From a virus (lineage: Duplodnaviria > Caudoviricetes), in the IMG/VR virus record IMGVR_UViG_3300046778_000044, positions 1-60,177 of that record: a stretch of 60,177 nt of DNA; one strand, written 5' to 3'. Position numbers and translations under genes: made by a program. The notes beneath the pieces were generated by a model. It worked only from the letters and a program-made list of their open reading frames with translations. It did no database searches and was not told the origin of the DNA. Below, piece by piece: positions 8,621-18,741 of this stretch (within the stretch, counting starts at the first letter, position 1; every line of letters starts with the position of its first letter).

Positions 8621-10601
8621 AACTCAAACTCCACAACCGCTGAATAAAGCGACTATTTTAGCCTCATTGAAGGCTGATCTTAAAGCTGCTGAACGCTTAA
8701 AGATTGACAATGATGCTAAGATTAGTAAATGGCGTGATGAATACGACGGTAAACCTTATGGCAATGAAGTCAAAGGTAAATCTGCTATTGTTAGTCGTGA
8801 CATTAAGAAGCAAAGTGAATGGCAACACGCTAGTTTAGTAGATCCATTCGTTAGTACTTCTGAAGTAGTGCGTTGCTTACCTATTACTTATGAAGATACT
8901 GCTTCTGCACGACAAAATGAACTTTTGTTGAATACTCAATTTTGCCGTAAATTTCCTCGTTATAACTTTGTGTCTAAAGCTGTAAAAGTCTTAGATATGG
9001 AAGGTACTTTAGTAGTTCAAACTGGTTGGGACTATGAAAGTAAGATAGTTAAAGAGATGGTTGATGTTGTTGTTAGAGCACCAGAAGGTTATGAATACGT
9101 AGTACAACAAGAAGTAGAGACAGAAGTTACTGTTCGTAACCAACCTACTGCTACTATTTGCCGTAACCAAGATATCTATCTAGATCCTACCTGCATGGAT
9201 GATCTTGATAAAGCACAATTTGTAATCCATCGCTATGAAACTGATATTTCTACCTTGAAAAAAGATGGTAGATATCTGAATGTTGATGTTTTAAATAGAA
9301 CCAATGCAGATGGTAGCTATGATCCTGATTATACGGAAGAAGATGACACTGTATTCAAATTTCAAGATAAACCACGTAAAAAAGTACTAGTTTATGAGTA
9401 TTGGGGTAACTTTGACGTAGATGGTGATGGTATAGCTGAAGCCATTGTGTGTGCTTGGGTAGGTAGTACTATCATTCGTTTAGAAACTAACCCGTATCCT
9501 GATGGTCGTCCACCGTTCTTAGTAGTTCCATTCAATAGCGTACCTTTTCGCCTACATGGTGAAGCTAATGCTGAGTTGATTGGAGACAATCAGAAGGTTA
9601 AAACTGCGGTTGTTCGTGGCATTATTGATAATATGGCACAGTCTACTAATGGACAAGTGGGTATTCGTAAAGGTGCTTTGGATCAAACTAACCGTAGTCG
9701 TTATTTAACTGGCAAAAACTTTGAATTTAACGGTACGCCTCAAGATTTCTGGCAAGGTAGTTATAACCCAATTCCCGGTAGTGCATTTGACATGCTTGGG
9801 CTTATGAATAACGAGATTGAGTCTTTAACTGGGGTTAAAAGCTTCAGTGGCGGTATTACTGGCTCATCTTTAGGTCCTAGCGCTACAGCAGCTCGTGGAG
9901 CTTTGGACGCTACTGCCGTTCGTAGAATGAATATTGTACGTAACATTGCTGAAAACTTGATTAAACCCTTATTACGTAAGTGGTTATCCTATAATTCTGT
10001 ATTCTTAGATGAAGAAGAAGTTGTACGTGTAACAAATGAAGAATTTGTACCTGTACGTCGTGATGACTTAGAAGGTCGTGTAGATATTGATATTTCTGTA
10101 GCTACTGCAGAAGATAACGCGTCTAAAGCGCAAGAACTTAGTTTCTTATTACAAACTATTGGCCCTGCTGCAGACCCAGAGATTCGTAACAACATTATGG
10201 CTGATATTATGCAGTTAATGCGTATGCCTGATGCTGCGAAACGTCTACGTGAGTATAAGCCTCAACCTGATCCAATGGCTGAAAAACTACAACAGCTTGA
10301 ACTGGCTAAGTTAGAACGTGAAATTCGTCAGTTGGACGCAGATATTGAATTGAGTCGCTTGAAACAAGCTGAACTTCAGTATAATACTTTGTTACTACAA
10401 CAACGTGGTCAATTAGAACAAGCTAAAGCACGTAAAACTAATAGTGAAGCTGATAATTTAGACCTTCAATTCTTACAGAAAGATGAAGATGTTGATGGTC
10501 AACGTAAAGATGCAGAATTTGAGAGACAACGTCTACACGAACTTGATACAATTGTCCTACAAAACGAATTAGGTGATAAGAATTTAGGAGTCCCAAGATG
10601 A
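8595..10601 (+). CDS. Portal protein
   Basis: 668 aa; P22/N4-type portal features (VYEYWG, NPYPDGRPPF, long C-terminal helical barrel); synteny. Confidence 0.9.
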   Translation: MNEQSLENETQTPQPLNKATILASLKADLKAAERLKIDNDAKISKWRDEYDGKPYGNEVKGKSAIVSRDIKKQSEWQHASLVDPFVSTSEVVRCLPITYEDTASARQNELLLNTQFCRKFPRYNFVSKAVKVLDMEGTLVVQTGWDYESKIVKEMVDVVVRAPEGYEYVVQQEVETEVTVRNQPTATICRNQDIYLDPTCMDDLDKAQFVIHRYETDISTLKKDGRYLNVDVLNRTNADGSYDPDYTEEDDTVFKFQDKPRKKVLVYEYWGNFDVDGDGIAEAIVCAWVGSTIIRLETNPYPDGRPPFLVVPFNSVPFRLHGEANAELIGDNQKVKTAVVRGIIDNMAQSTNGQVGIRKGALDQTNRSRYLTGKNFEFNGTPQDFWQGSYNPIPGSAFDMLGLMNNEIESLTGVKSFSGGITGSSLGPSATAARGALDATAVRRMNIVRNIAENLIKPLLRKWLSYNSVFLDEEEVVRVTNEEFVPVRRDDLEGRVDIDISVATAEDNASKAQELSFLLQTIGPAADPEIRNNIMADIMQLMRMPDAAKRLREYKPQPDPMAEKLQQLELAKLEREIRQLDADIELSRLKQAELQYNTLLLQQRGQLEQAKARKTNSEADNLDLQFLQKDEDVDGQRKDAEFERQRLHELDTIVLQNELGDKNLGVPR

Positions 10602-10813
10602 GTTTTATAGAAAATTTACAGAGACAGCAGCGTAATGCGCCTGCTGTTACTCCTGTAGTACAACCACAACCTGTAACTGTAGTTTTACCAGAAGATGGTC
10701 TTGCAGCTACATTTCGTGACCCTAATCGATTTAATAGTGCGATTAATCCGCAATTTGCGGCTCCTGATCCATCTTTAATGAGATATCAAACACAACGTAA
10801 CTATAGAGGTTAA
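10598..10813 (+). CDS. Small hypothetical protein
   Basis: AGGAG RBS; ATGA overlap with portal stop. Confidence 0.65.
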   Translation: MSFIENLQRQQRNAPAVTPVVQPQPVTVVLPEDGLAATFRDPNRFNSAINPQFAAPDPSLMRYQTQRNYRG

Positions 10814-10814
10814 T

Positions 10815-11063
10815 ATGGAAGACGAAGAAGGCTTAGCTAGCTCAGCTCAATCTGATAATGAACTCATTGCTGAAGTAGTTCGACTACTTTTGGAAGGTAC
10901 TGATCCGCAAGAATTACTGGATCAAGGCGTTCCACCAGAAGTTTTACAACAAGCTATGGAAATTGTATTGTCACAAGCCCCTGCAGGTGGTACAGTAGAC
11001 CCTAATGCACAACCAGCTGCTCCTGTAACAGATGGTGGCCTTGCAGCCATGTCGATGCGATAA
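10815..11063 (+). CDS. Small acidic hypothetical protein
   Basis: GAGG RBS; coupled to the previous ORF. Confidence 0.65.
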   Translation: MEDEEGLASSAQSDNELIAEVVRLLLEGTDPQELLDQGVPPEVLQQAMEIVLSQAPAGGTVDPNAQPAAPVTDGGLAAMSMR

Positions 11064-11068
11064 AGTCC

Positions 11069-11097
11069 TTTACACGTACTGATAGTAATGGTATATT
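11069..11097 (+). promoter_or_regulatory. Sigma70-like promoter for the head operon
   Basis: TTTACA-17 bp-TATATT with TGn extension. Confidence 0.65.
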
Positions 11098-11162
11098 ATA
11101 TTAGTACGTGATAAAACTTTTCGTTATCACTAATACAAACAAATTTTATATAAGGATTCTTT

Positions 11163-11480
11163 ATGAATAACCTAACCCAGATAGATGAACAAGAAACAAA
11201 TTTAGTAGAAGTGGAAAATCAACATTGGATCGACAAATATCACGCTCTCGTGCGTTTGTATGACAACCCAGATTTCCAGCTAGTTATTACTGAAGGCTAT
11301 TTTCAAGAAAAAGCTGTAAACAGCGTTAGCATGTTGGCTAACCCCGGTGTTGTTCGAGATGGTGCCCGAGGTGAAATTATGGAAGAACTTGTAGCTATTT
11401 CTCGCTTACAAGATTACTTCATCGTAATTCGTAACCTAGGTCGTCCGATGGAAGATGACGCTGATGACGAACAAGCATAA
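11163..11480 (+). CDS. Hypothetical protein (N4 gp58 position)
   Basis: AAGGA RBS; lies between portal and scaffold. Confidence 0.65.
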   Translation: MNNLTQIDEQETNLVEVENQHWIDKYHALVRLYDNPDFQLVITEGYFQEKAVNSVSMLANPGVVRDGARGEIMEELVAISRLQDYFIVIRNLGRPMEDDADDEQA

Positions 11481-11493
11481 GGAGTAGACAAAT

Positions 11494-12711
11494 ATGGCTA
11501 ATCAAGATGACTTGTACGATTTGAGTGATGATGCATTGGAAGCTGCCTTTAAGGCTGCCAGAGCTGAACAAGCTACTGAAGACCAATCTAGTTCTCAAGA
11601 AGAAAACGCTGGTGATGAAGGTAACGTCAATGACAATACCAATGACGAGCAAAATGATGAAAATGACCAGAATGCTGGTGATGATACACAGTCAAAAGAG
11701 GAAGACAACAGTTCCTCTTCTGAGAAAACTGATGATAACGACGGTACTGAGCAATCTGGCGATACGCAGGACTCTGGCCGAGACGTTGGTGGCGAAGGTG
11801 AGAAAAAGACTGAAGCAGAAGCGGATAAAACCCCTAAAGCTGAAGATAAAGGTTCTCAAATTCAAGCACCTACAGTACATAAGTTTAAAGCTAATGGTAA
11901 AGATTACGAAATCACTGATGAAGAGATGCGTACTCAATTTCCAAAGGTTTTTGCTCAAGCTATGGACTACACCAAAAAAACGCAACAAATAGCGCCTTGG
12001 CGTAAAACAATTGATGCGTTGGAACAAGCCAAGCTGGGTCATGCAGATATAAATCTCATGATTGATGTACTGAAAGGGGACAAATCTGCTATTGCAGAGG
12101 TATTAAAACGAACAAGCACTGATGCCCTCGATTTAACATCTGTAGATAAAGATTACGCTCCTAATGACTATGGCAGAGATAGTCGTACGCTTGCTCTCCA
12201 AGATGTACTGGAAAGCATTAAAACTGAACCTGAGTACGCTATAACAAGCAAAATTCTGTCAACTGATTGGGATGATGCTTCATGGAATGTACTAAGTGCT
12301 GATCCTAGAAAAGTGCAACTATTACATAATGATGTTAAAAGTGGTGTGTTTGCTAAAGTGCAACGTATCGCTGATAAACAAAAAGTGTTTAATGGTGGTG
12401 TTGGATCTGACCTTGATCATTACATGGCAGCTGCTCAAGTGTATTATAAAGAACAATTGGCTAGCCAAGAAGCACAACGACAAGTAGATGTAGAATCTGC
12501 ACGTCGAGATACCGAAGCTGCGCATCAAGCACGTATTAACGCTGCTAAAGCACAGGAAGCACAACGTAAAGTTGCGTCTCAAGCAAGTCAGGCTCGTAAA
12601 GCTGCTGCTCCCTCGGCTTCAAGTGCAAAAGGTGGTGGTAGTGTTAACTACTTAGCGGCTAGTGATGAAGACTTTGATGAATGGTACAAACAACTACAAG
12701 CTAATTCTTAA
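11494..12711 (+). CDS. Capsid scaffolding protein (N4 gp57-like)
   Basis: Highly acidic disordered N-terminus; KFKANGK and DYTKKTQ motifs; acidic C-terminal helix; directly before the capsid gene. Confidence 0.75.
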   Translation: MANQDDLYDLSDDALEAAFKAARAEQATEDQSSSQEENAGDEGNVNDNTNDEQNDENDQNAGDDTQSKEEDNSSSSEKTDDNDGTEQSGDTQDSGRDVGGEGEKKTEAEADKTPKAEDKGSQIQAPTVHKFKANGKDYEITDEEMRTQFPKVFAQAMDYTKKTQQIAPWRKTIDALEQAKLGHADINLMIDVLKGDKSAIAEVLKRTSTDALDLTSVDKDYAPNDYGRDSRTLALQDVLESIKTEPEYAITSKILSTDWDDASWNVLSADPRKVQLLHNDVKSGVFAKVQRIADKQKVFNGGVGSDLDHYMAAAQVYYKEQLASQEAQRQVDVESARRDTEAAHQARINAAKAQEAQRKVASQASQARKAAAPSASSAKGGGSVNYLAASDEDFDEWYKQLQANS

Positions 12712-12728
12712 TATAGAGGATGTAAACT

Positions 12729-13931
12729 ATGGCTACACATAATTATGGTAATGGTACTAACAGTACTTCAGGTGCTAACACTATTACCCACTTTTACGAC
12801 CGCGCAGGTATTAAAGCAGCTAACCGCGTTAACGTGTTTCAACAATTTGCTGACAAGAAGTCTATGCCTACTAAGTACGGTAAGACCTTCAAAATTAGTA
12901 AATTCTTACACTTGTATGACCGCGCGTTGTCTGATGTTGATTTTGCGAAAAAAGGTTATTTAACTGCTCGTACTGCTGATGCAATTACCGCATCTCTTGC
13001 AAGCGCCGGTTTGGCTGAAGGTGCAGGCGCTGTAAACAAGCGTACTCTCCAAAAAATTACCGTAGAAACCACATTGAGCCGTTACGGTGAAATGATTGAC
13101 TATACTGATGAAGTAGATTTGTTCTCGGAAGACGTGATTCAAACTCGTTACCGCGAAGAACTCGGTGCTTTGGCTAACAGCCGTTATGAAGATTTGATCA
13201 TGATGGATATGCTCGGTACTCCAACTGTTCAGTACGCTGGTGCTGCAACTAGTTTGATCACCGTGGGTGGTGGTATTGCTGCAAACGGTACTCAAGATGA
13301 TGTTTACAAAGTGTCTTATGACTTGATCCGTAAAGCTGCTCGTCGTCTGTTGCGTAACCGCGCTAAAAAGAACACTGAGATTGTAAGTGGTTCTGTGAAA
13401 ATCGACACCAAGACCGTAGCGAAAGCTTACTACGCTATTGTGGGCGCAGATGTTAAATCTGACTTGGAAAACCTTACTCGTGGTAATACCTACGAACGCG
13501 AATTCGTGTACATTCCTGTACATAAATATGCAGCCGCAGGTAATTTGGCAGAAGGTGAAGTTGGTGCAATGCACGAAGCTCGTTTCGTAGAAGCTGAAGG
13601 TATGGCTGTGTACGCTGGTAAAGGTGCTGTTCCTCCTCAGAACTACGTAGGTACTTTGTCTATCACTGGTGCAACTGATTTGACTTCAGCTACTCCAGCT
13701 AACCGTGGTAACTTCGACGTGTTCCCAATCTTGTTCCCGACTCAAGGTGCATTTGCTACCGTTGGTTTGAAAGGTCAAGATAAGATCGTGTTCCACGCTA
13801 AACCGCCTTCAGACGTAAGTAATACTAACCCTTACGGCACTTCAGGCTTCTTCTCTTACAATTTCTTCTACGCAGGTTTGATCTTGGAAGAAGAAAAACT
13901 GTTGAAGACCTTGGTAGCAGCTAGCGCTTAA
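12729..13931 (+). CDS. Major capsid protein (N4 gp56 family)
   Basis: 400 aa; MPTKYGKT, YIPVHKYA, EGEVG and NPYG..GF motifs; strong RBS; followed by a terminator. Confidence 0.95.
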   Translation: MATHNYGNGTNSTSGANTITHFYDRAGIKAANRVNVFQQFADKKSMPTKYGKTFKISKFLHLYDRALSDVDFAKKGYLTARTADAITASLASAGLAEGAGAVNKRTLQKITVETTLSRYGEMIDYTDEVDLFSEDVIQTRYREELGALANSRYEDLIMMDMLGTPTVQYAGAATSLITVGGGIAANGTQDDVYKVSYDLIRKAARRLLRNRAKKNTEIVSGSVKIDTKTVAKAYYAIVGADVKSDLENLTRGNTYEREFVYIPVHKYAAAGNLAEGEVGAMHEARFVEAEGMAVYAGKGAVPPQNYVGTLSITGATDLTSATPANRGNFDVFPILFPTQGAFATVGLKGQDKIVFHAKPPSDVSNTNPYGTSGFFSYNFFYAGLILEEEKLLKTLVAASA

Positions 13932-13958
13932 TGCTAGTTGTTAACTAGACCGGCTTTG

Positions 13959-13995
13959 AAACACTCCTGAGATAGCATCAAGGGAGTGTTTTTTA
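13959..13995 (+). terminator. Intrinsic terminator after the capsid gene
   Basis: aaacactcc...ggagtgttt stem plus T-tract. Confidence 0.85.
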
Positions 13996-14018
13996 TTCTA
14001 ACAAAACCGTTAGATTTA

Positions 14019-14047
14019 TTGACTCACAGATTTACTGTGGGTATAAT
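14019..14047 (+). promoter_or_regulatory. Sigma70-like promoter
   Basis: TTGACT-17 bp-TATAAT. Confidence 0.8.
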
Positions 14048-14119
14048 ACCCTTTGTCAATTCCGTATAGACTTTAATCTGTACACTAATGATCTAAAACA
14101 ACCTTATAGGAATTAAATT

Positions 14120-14692
14120 ATGTCCAACGAAATTACTCCAACTATCACCACTAATGATACTGAAAATAGTGATGTTACAAAGCTTAGTCGTACTCTTGAT
14201 GATGTTAAAGCTGAAGCTCGCGAACTTCAAATCTCTTTTAAAGAAAATATTTCTATTGAAAAGTTGCTTGAAAAAATTGAAGCAAAGTACAAAGTTAATG
14301 AAAAAGAATCAGATGTAACAATTTCTGATGCAGAAGATACCTCAACTGATACAGATGAAGCTAAAGAAGCTGCTCTGAATACTTTGACTCTAAATGAGTT
14401 TATTCATAAGCAGAAACGTGAAGCAGAAAAAACCCGAATTGTTACTATTATTGACAACGATTCTCGTATCAATAATCAAACTACTACTTGCACTGTTAGT
14501 GCTAGTAATGAGTTCTTTGACCTTGGCACCGTAATTCTTCTATTGAATGAACGTGTGGAAGTTCGTCAAGGCCATTTGAACGTTCTTTCTGAGTTGAGAA
14601 TTCCACAACATATTAAGAATCCAAAAGATCCTTCAATTTCTGTTATGGTAATGCGTCCACGTTACACAATTCAATATGAACAAGACGAATAA
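14120..14692 (+). CDS. Hypothetical protein (N4 gp55 position)
   Basis: AGGA RBS; synteny; N-terminal small helical domain (A.EL.I.F..NI..EKL.EKI). Confidence 0.6.
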   Translation: MSNEITPTITTNDTENSDVTKLSRTLDDVKAEARELQISFKENISIEKLLEKIEAKYKVNEKESDVTISDAEDTSTDTDEAKEAALNTLTLNEFIHKQKREAEKTRIVTIIDNDSRINNQTTTCTVSASNEFFDLGTVILLLNERVEVRQGHLNVLSELRIPQHIKNPKDPSISVMVMRPRYTIQYEQDE

Positions 14693-14701
14693 GGAGCTAC
14701 G

Positions 14702-15076
14702 ATGAGCTGTAACGGCGCTGATAGAGACAGTAGATTTGTTATTACCCGTGGTGTAGATAACTCTTTTGTCTTCACTATTAAGGCTAATAACAGCACATTA
14801 CCTATTGAGATTGATCCGTCGGATACCTTTCACGGTATTCTTCGGGATCTTGATACTGATACTGTAATTCTAGAACAAGATTTAGTTGTTGATTCAGCTC
14901 TTAATGGACGTATTCGTCTAGATATTGAAGCTGCTGATACAACTGATATGACCAGCATGAAAGGTGGTCGAGAAGATCGATGGTACTTACTTCCAGTCTA
15001 TTCTCTCACCTTAGTCTGTAAGACTGTGGTAAATGGTGAATTTATAGCTAGGATATCCATGGTATATGTCAACTAA
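14702..15076 (+). CDS. Putative beta-sandwich tail attachment/adaptor protein
   Basis: Alternating beta-strand pattern (ITRG.D..F.FTI, G.IRL.I...DT); precedes a fibre-like gene. Confidence 0.45.
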   Translation: MSCNGADRDSRFVITRGVDNSFVFTIKANNSTLPIEIDPSDTFHGILRDLDTDTVILEQDLVVDSALNGRIRLDIEAADTTDMTSMKGGREDRWYLLPVYSLTLVCKTVVNGEFIARISMVYVN

Positions 15077-16598
15077 TGAAATTGAATTAGAATCAATAGA
15101 TTTATCTGTTCAAGACACATGTGTCCACGTAGATACCAATCACGTGGATTTTTCTGTTGACCCTGCTTTTGAAATAACAGGCTATAAGCGCGAATACGCT
15201 ATTGTAGGTGATGCATACTTTGCTACAGTATCTGCAGGGGCTACGCCGCCTTGGATGTTGGACTTAATTAACGATATTATCGATAACAGTTTAGTCGCTG
15301 CATTAGGCGATATCGGTGTTCTTAAAAGTTCGATTCTTGAGGCTTTAAGTGAACTAGAAGTCGCTAAAAACCAGTATCAAGAACTTATTAATATTGAAGC
15401 TACGATTGATTCTATTATTGCATCTAGATTAGCTACTTTAAACGCTAATTTAGCCCAAGCAAACGCTCAAATTATTGAGTTACAAATAGTTAAAGTTACA
15501 CCTGAACAAGCCGCAGCTATTGCAATTGAGCAAATTTCAGCTGAACTAAACTCTCCCACTGGTGACTTATACGGTGCGATTACAAATATTCGTACCTCTA
15601 TTACTAGTTTAAACGGTCAGATTGATGCTAAATATGCTGATCTTTACGATTTAAATGATAGTACCGCATACGCTTTATCTGTAGAGATTAATCGTGTAGA
15701 AGCAATGATTACCGGTGGTTTAACTGATATAACTGCTTTTGTAGAGACTATGCAGTTGGCTTTAGCAAGTGATATAGCGGCTGTAGCTGAAAGTGTTACT
15801 ACCTTACGTACTGACATGAATGGTAACTTTGCTTCTGTAAACAGTACACTTAGTACGTTAACTACAGCGACAAGTACTAATTCAAGTGCTATTACAACCT
15901 TAAATAATAGTTATACCGGTTTAGTTACTGTTACTGATGGACATACTACTGCGATTGGTAACAACACCTCTGCAATTAGTGATAATACTATAGCTATTAC
16001 TGCCCATACTACTGCTATTAGCGGATTAACTACCTCTATCTCTACCACTAACGGTAACGTAACCGCTGTTGCTAACTCAGTGACTACTTTACGTTCTGAT
16101 ATGAATGGCGAATTTGCTGACGTTAACGTTAGTATTGGCACTTTAACCTCCTCTATAGGAAGTATAGGAGCACACTATACTGTAAAATTAGTTACTGGTG
16201 GTACAGATCCCGTTGGTGGTACATCGCGCATAGCTGGTGGTTTTGAACTCTTAAATGACGGATCAGTTGTCACTGCAGGTTGGGATGTAGACCAATTTTG
16301 GGTAGGTAGAGCTGGAAGTAATGGTAAATATCCATTTAACGTAGTTGGTGGTGTTGTATATATAGATACAGCTATGATTCGTACTGCTACTATTGGTAGC
16401 GCTAAGTTTACAGATTGGTTAGAATCTGATGCAATAGGGTATGGTGGACAACCAGTTTTACGTTTAAACTTCCGTACCGGGGAGATTCAATTGAATGCTC
16501 CTATATCTGGTGGAGGACGTATGACAATGACAAATCAGTATATTCGAGTGTATGATGCTTCTAACGTACTTCGAGTTAAACTAGGGAATTTAGCGTAA
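15066..16598 (+). CDS. Coiled-coil fibre with lambda gpJ-like (DUF1983-type) C-terminus
   Basis: Heptad repeats, then YTVK...AGGF...PF.V.GG.VYI..A.I..A.I..AK...VYDA..VLRVKLG. Confidence 0.75.
   Translation: MSTNEIELESIDLSVQDTCVHVDTNHVDFSVDPAFEITGYKREYAIVGDAYFATVSAGATPPWMLDLINDIIDNSLVAALGDIGVLKSSILEALSELEVAKNQYQELINIEATIDSIIASRLATLNANLAQANAQIIELQIVKVTPEQAAAIAIEQISAELNSPTGDLYGAITNIRTSITSLNGQIDAKYADLYDLNDSTAYALSVEINRVEAMITGGLTDITAFVETMQLALASDIAAVAESVTTLRTDMNGNFASVNSTLSTLTTATSTNSSAITTLNNSYTGLVTVTDGHTTAIGNNTSAISDNTIAITAHTTAISGLTTSISTTNGNVTAVANSVTTLRSDMNGEFADVNVSIGTLTSSIGSIGAHYTVKLVTGGTDPVGGTSRIAGGFELLNDGSVVTAGWDVDQFWVGRAGSNGKYPFNVVGGVVYIDTAMIRTATIGSAKFTDWLESDAIGYGGQPVLRLNFRTGEIQLNAPISGGGRMTMTNQYIRVYDASNVLRVKLGNLA
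15778..16127 (+). repeat. Two copies of a 21-aa coiled-coil unit
   Basis: AVAESVTTLRTDMNGNFASVN and AVANSVTTLRSDMNGEFADVN. Confidence 0.8.
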
Positions 16599-16870
16599 TG
16601 GCTTTTGGTATACAAATTTATAATGCATCAGGAAACCCTACAGTCACTTTAAGTCATGAGACTAGAGCTTTTGTCGCTAGTGGTGTAGTTGATATTCCCG
16701 CAAGTACGACACATACTGAGGTAATTGCTGGGTACTCTTCGTCTGATCCCTCTCTGGTGCTAATAGGACCTCATGGTATTGGTATGACTAAAACATTCAC
16801 GTCTACAGGATTTACAGTAACTTCACTGTCTTCTCCTGTTAAAGCTTATTATTGGGTTTTTAAGAGGTAA
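16598..16870 (+). CDS. Small tail-tip accessory protein
   Basis: MAFGIQIYNASG N-terminus typical of small genes that follow gpJ-like tips. Confidence 0.6.
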   Translation: MAFGIQIYNASGNPTVTLSHETRAFVASGVVDIPASTTHTEVIAGYSSSDPSLVLIGPHGIGMTKTFTSTGFTVTSLSSPVKAYYWVFKR

Positions 16871-16874
16871 TTAT

Positions 16875-17501
16875 ATGTCTTGGGGTTTTGCGGCTATGGG
16901 TGATACCGGGGGTTTAATTATTGACTCTGATTACTTTGGATATTTTGTAGACGTTGCTACTCCAACGAACTCAGGTCCCGGTAATGAGACTTGGCCACTT
17001 GCTGGATTAAATTCTAATGACATTCTTTTTGGAAGACCTGCGGCTGCTACAATAGGCGATACTGCAATTGCAGCTTTTTATGTTGCACCGGCAATTAGAG
17101 ATTTTTGGGTTCCACCAGATACTTATTATTACGCATTAAAGTGTTATAACGGACATACGCTACCTCCGTCAAGTGGTTATGGTTTAGAAGTTTATAACGA
17201 ATTAGGTGACAGGGTTTACAGCAGTTCAGCTGATGTAGTTAACATGACTATAGTTGCACAAGGAACAATTGATCTTGGTACTACTGGAGGTACGCAACTT
17301 TTAATGTCTGGAGGCACTACAGTCTCTAGTGTTTACTGTATGATTAATAGTTCTATGTACGGTTTAACGTTCCCTTTACAACCGAATCAAGGTTTTTACT
17401 ATGTTTATGATTTTGCGGCAAACACTATTACTGCTAAATGGAATGGAGATGCTGCGGTGATTGCTGAAAAGTTTCACTATATGCTAGCTACTTTTACTTA
17501 A
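16875..17501 (+). CDS. Putative receptor-binding / tail-tip protein
   Basis: MSWGF..G.LIIDS start and internal YGLEVYNE.G..VYSS motif; aromatic-rich. Confidence 0.55.
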   Translation: MSWGFAAMGDTGGLIIDSDYFGYFVDVATPTNSGPGNETWPLAGLNSNDILFGRPAAATIGDTAIAAFYVAPAIRDFWVPPDTYYYALKCYNGHTLPPSSGYGLEVYNELGDRVYSSSADVVNMTIVAQGTIDLGTTGGTQLLMSGGTTVSSVYCMINSSMYGLTFPLQPNQGFYYVYDFAANTITAKWNGDAAVIAEKFHYMLATFT

Positions 17502-17767
17502 CGACCCCGCAGGTAATCCGTAAACTCAAAAGGGCTCATATGAAATTTACCGTCTGAACAAAGCCACTTTGTGTAACGTAAAGGAGAAAGTGTATTGAAT
17601 TCCACATGTCTAAAGTGAGGATCGTAGCCCTCTCCTTGTTGTACACATTTAAGTTCAATTTTTCTTTTTTCCCATGCTGCTTTTTTACTATCGTATTCTT
17701 CCTGACTAGTTATAGCACATCCGCTGAGCAATAGTATGAATGTAATTACTGTGAATAAAGTTTTCAT
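17498..17767 (-). CDS. Lipoprotein, candidate superinfection-exclusion factor (Cor/Llp analogue)
   Basis: MKTLFTVITFILLLSG-C lipobox, two further Cys; only convincing - strand gene within the structural block. Confidence 0.65.
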   Translation of the reverse strand: MKTLFTVITFILLLSGCAITSQEEYDSKKAAWEKRKIELKCVQQGEGYDPHFRHVEFNTLSPLRYTKWLCSDGKFHMSPFEFTDYLRGR

Positions 17768-17800
17768 GTTTAATTCTCTTGATTGTTGGTAGATTGAGAA

Positions 17801-17809
17801 ATAGTATCA
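17801..17809 (-). promoter_or_regulatory. Extended -10 element TGaTACTAT for the lipoprotein gene
   Basis: Lies ~35 nt upstream of the lipoprotein ATG, divergent from the 17823 promoter. Confidence 0.4.
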
Positions 17810-17822
17810 TATCTTATTATTG

Positions 17823-17850
17823 TTGACTATTACTACTAACTAACTATAAT
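17823..17850 (+). promoter_or_regulatory. Sigma70-like promoter
   Basis: TTGACT-16 bp-TATAAT. Confidence 0.7.
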
Positions 17851-17879
17851 AGCTTAATTATTTTTTAAAGGTGTATTAA

Positions 17880-18740
17880 ATGGCCACTGTAAACGTATCC
17901 AATAAATTAGATGTCGTCTGTAAGTTCGCAGCTCTTATGCAAGAGTCTGTAGCAGGTGAGTCTCTTTATATCCGAGCTAAAGAAACACTAGAATCAATTT
18001 ACAAAGATAACAGTATTACGTCTGCCGATAAAGGCGAAGTAATTGCTAATGTTATTGGTTCTATGTCCAGTAGTATTACTGCATCTGCAATGGCTACAGC
18101 TTTGCAGTGGGCCTCTAAAGAAGTTGATATAGAGCTTGAAAAACTTAAACTTGCTAAAGAACTTGATTTGTTAGATCAACAAATTTTGTTAAGTAAAGCA
18201 CAAGTAGATAAAATGAGATGGGATAACATTGCCGGTCAAGCACAAATGATTCGTATGTACGGTACACCAACTGTTATTGATGACGTTGTAATGAGTTTAT
18301 CTGATACAGGTAAAGTGTGGGCTGATTTACGTTTAGTTGAACAGCAACGTACTAACTTAATTAAAGAGTTAGATGTTATTGATATGCGTATTAAAGAATC
18401 ACACGCTACAATCCATCGTACAGTCGCAGATACTGTAGTAAACCATGGTGCATGGTCGTACACGCTTGGTGTTAACGGTATTACAACTACGCCAGTCCGT
18501 GTTACTCCTAACGCTGTAGTGCCACTTAGTGATGTTCAACGCTATATTGCAGCGGAACAAGCTAAAGGTTACTCTTACAACGCATGGGCTAACTCTGTTA
18601 CCGCATCCGCAGGTATGTTAGGTACTGCTATTGCGTCTGATGGTGCCATTAGCGATATTGCAGATCTAGTTACCTCGTTTAAGGTATCTTTAGAGAAACT
18701 ACAAAACGTAGTTCCTCCTTCAATTACAATTACGCCTTAA
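17880..18740 (+). CDS. Virion structural protein (N4 gp54 position)
   Basis: Helical/coiled-coil composition; synteny. Confidence 0.55.
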   Translation: MATVNVSNKLDVVCKFAALMQESVAGESLYIRAKETLESIYKDNSITSADKGEVIANVIGSMSSSITASAMATALQWASKEVDIELEKLKLAKELDLLDQQILLSKAQVDKMRWDNIAGQAQMIRMYGTPTVIDDVVMSLSDTGKVWADLRLVEQQRTNLIKELDVIDMRIKESHATIHRTVADTVVNHGAWSYTLGVNGITTTPVRVTPNAVVPLSDVQRYIAAEQAKGYSYNAWANSVTASAGMLGTAIASDGAISDIADLVTSFKVSLEKLQNVVPPSITITP

Positions 18741-18741
18741 T

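Noticed and set aside
11525-12042. Alternative-frame ORFs over the scaffold gene
   Set aside because: Met/Lys-rich or hydrophobic shadows of a low-complexity acidic region; no RBS
12960-13574. 204-aa antisense ORF in the capsid gene, and similar ones at 25295, 32821 and 43414
   Set aside because: Expected antisense shadows of codon-biased genes; no RBS or recognisable motifs
13932-14119. tRNA in the hairpin-rich gap after the capsid gene
   Set aside because: No T-loop GTTC motif or cloverleaf; the terminator and promoter explain the region
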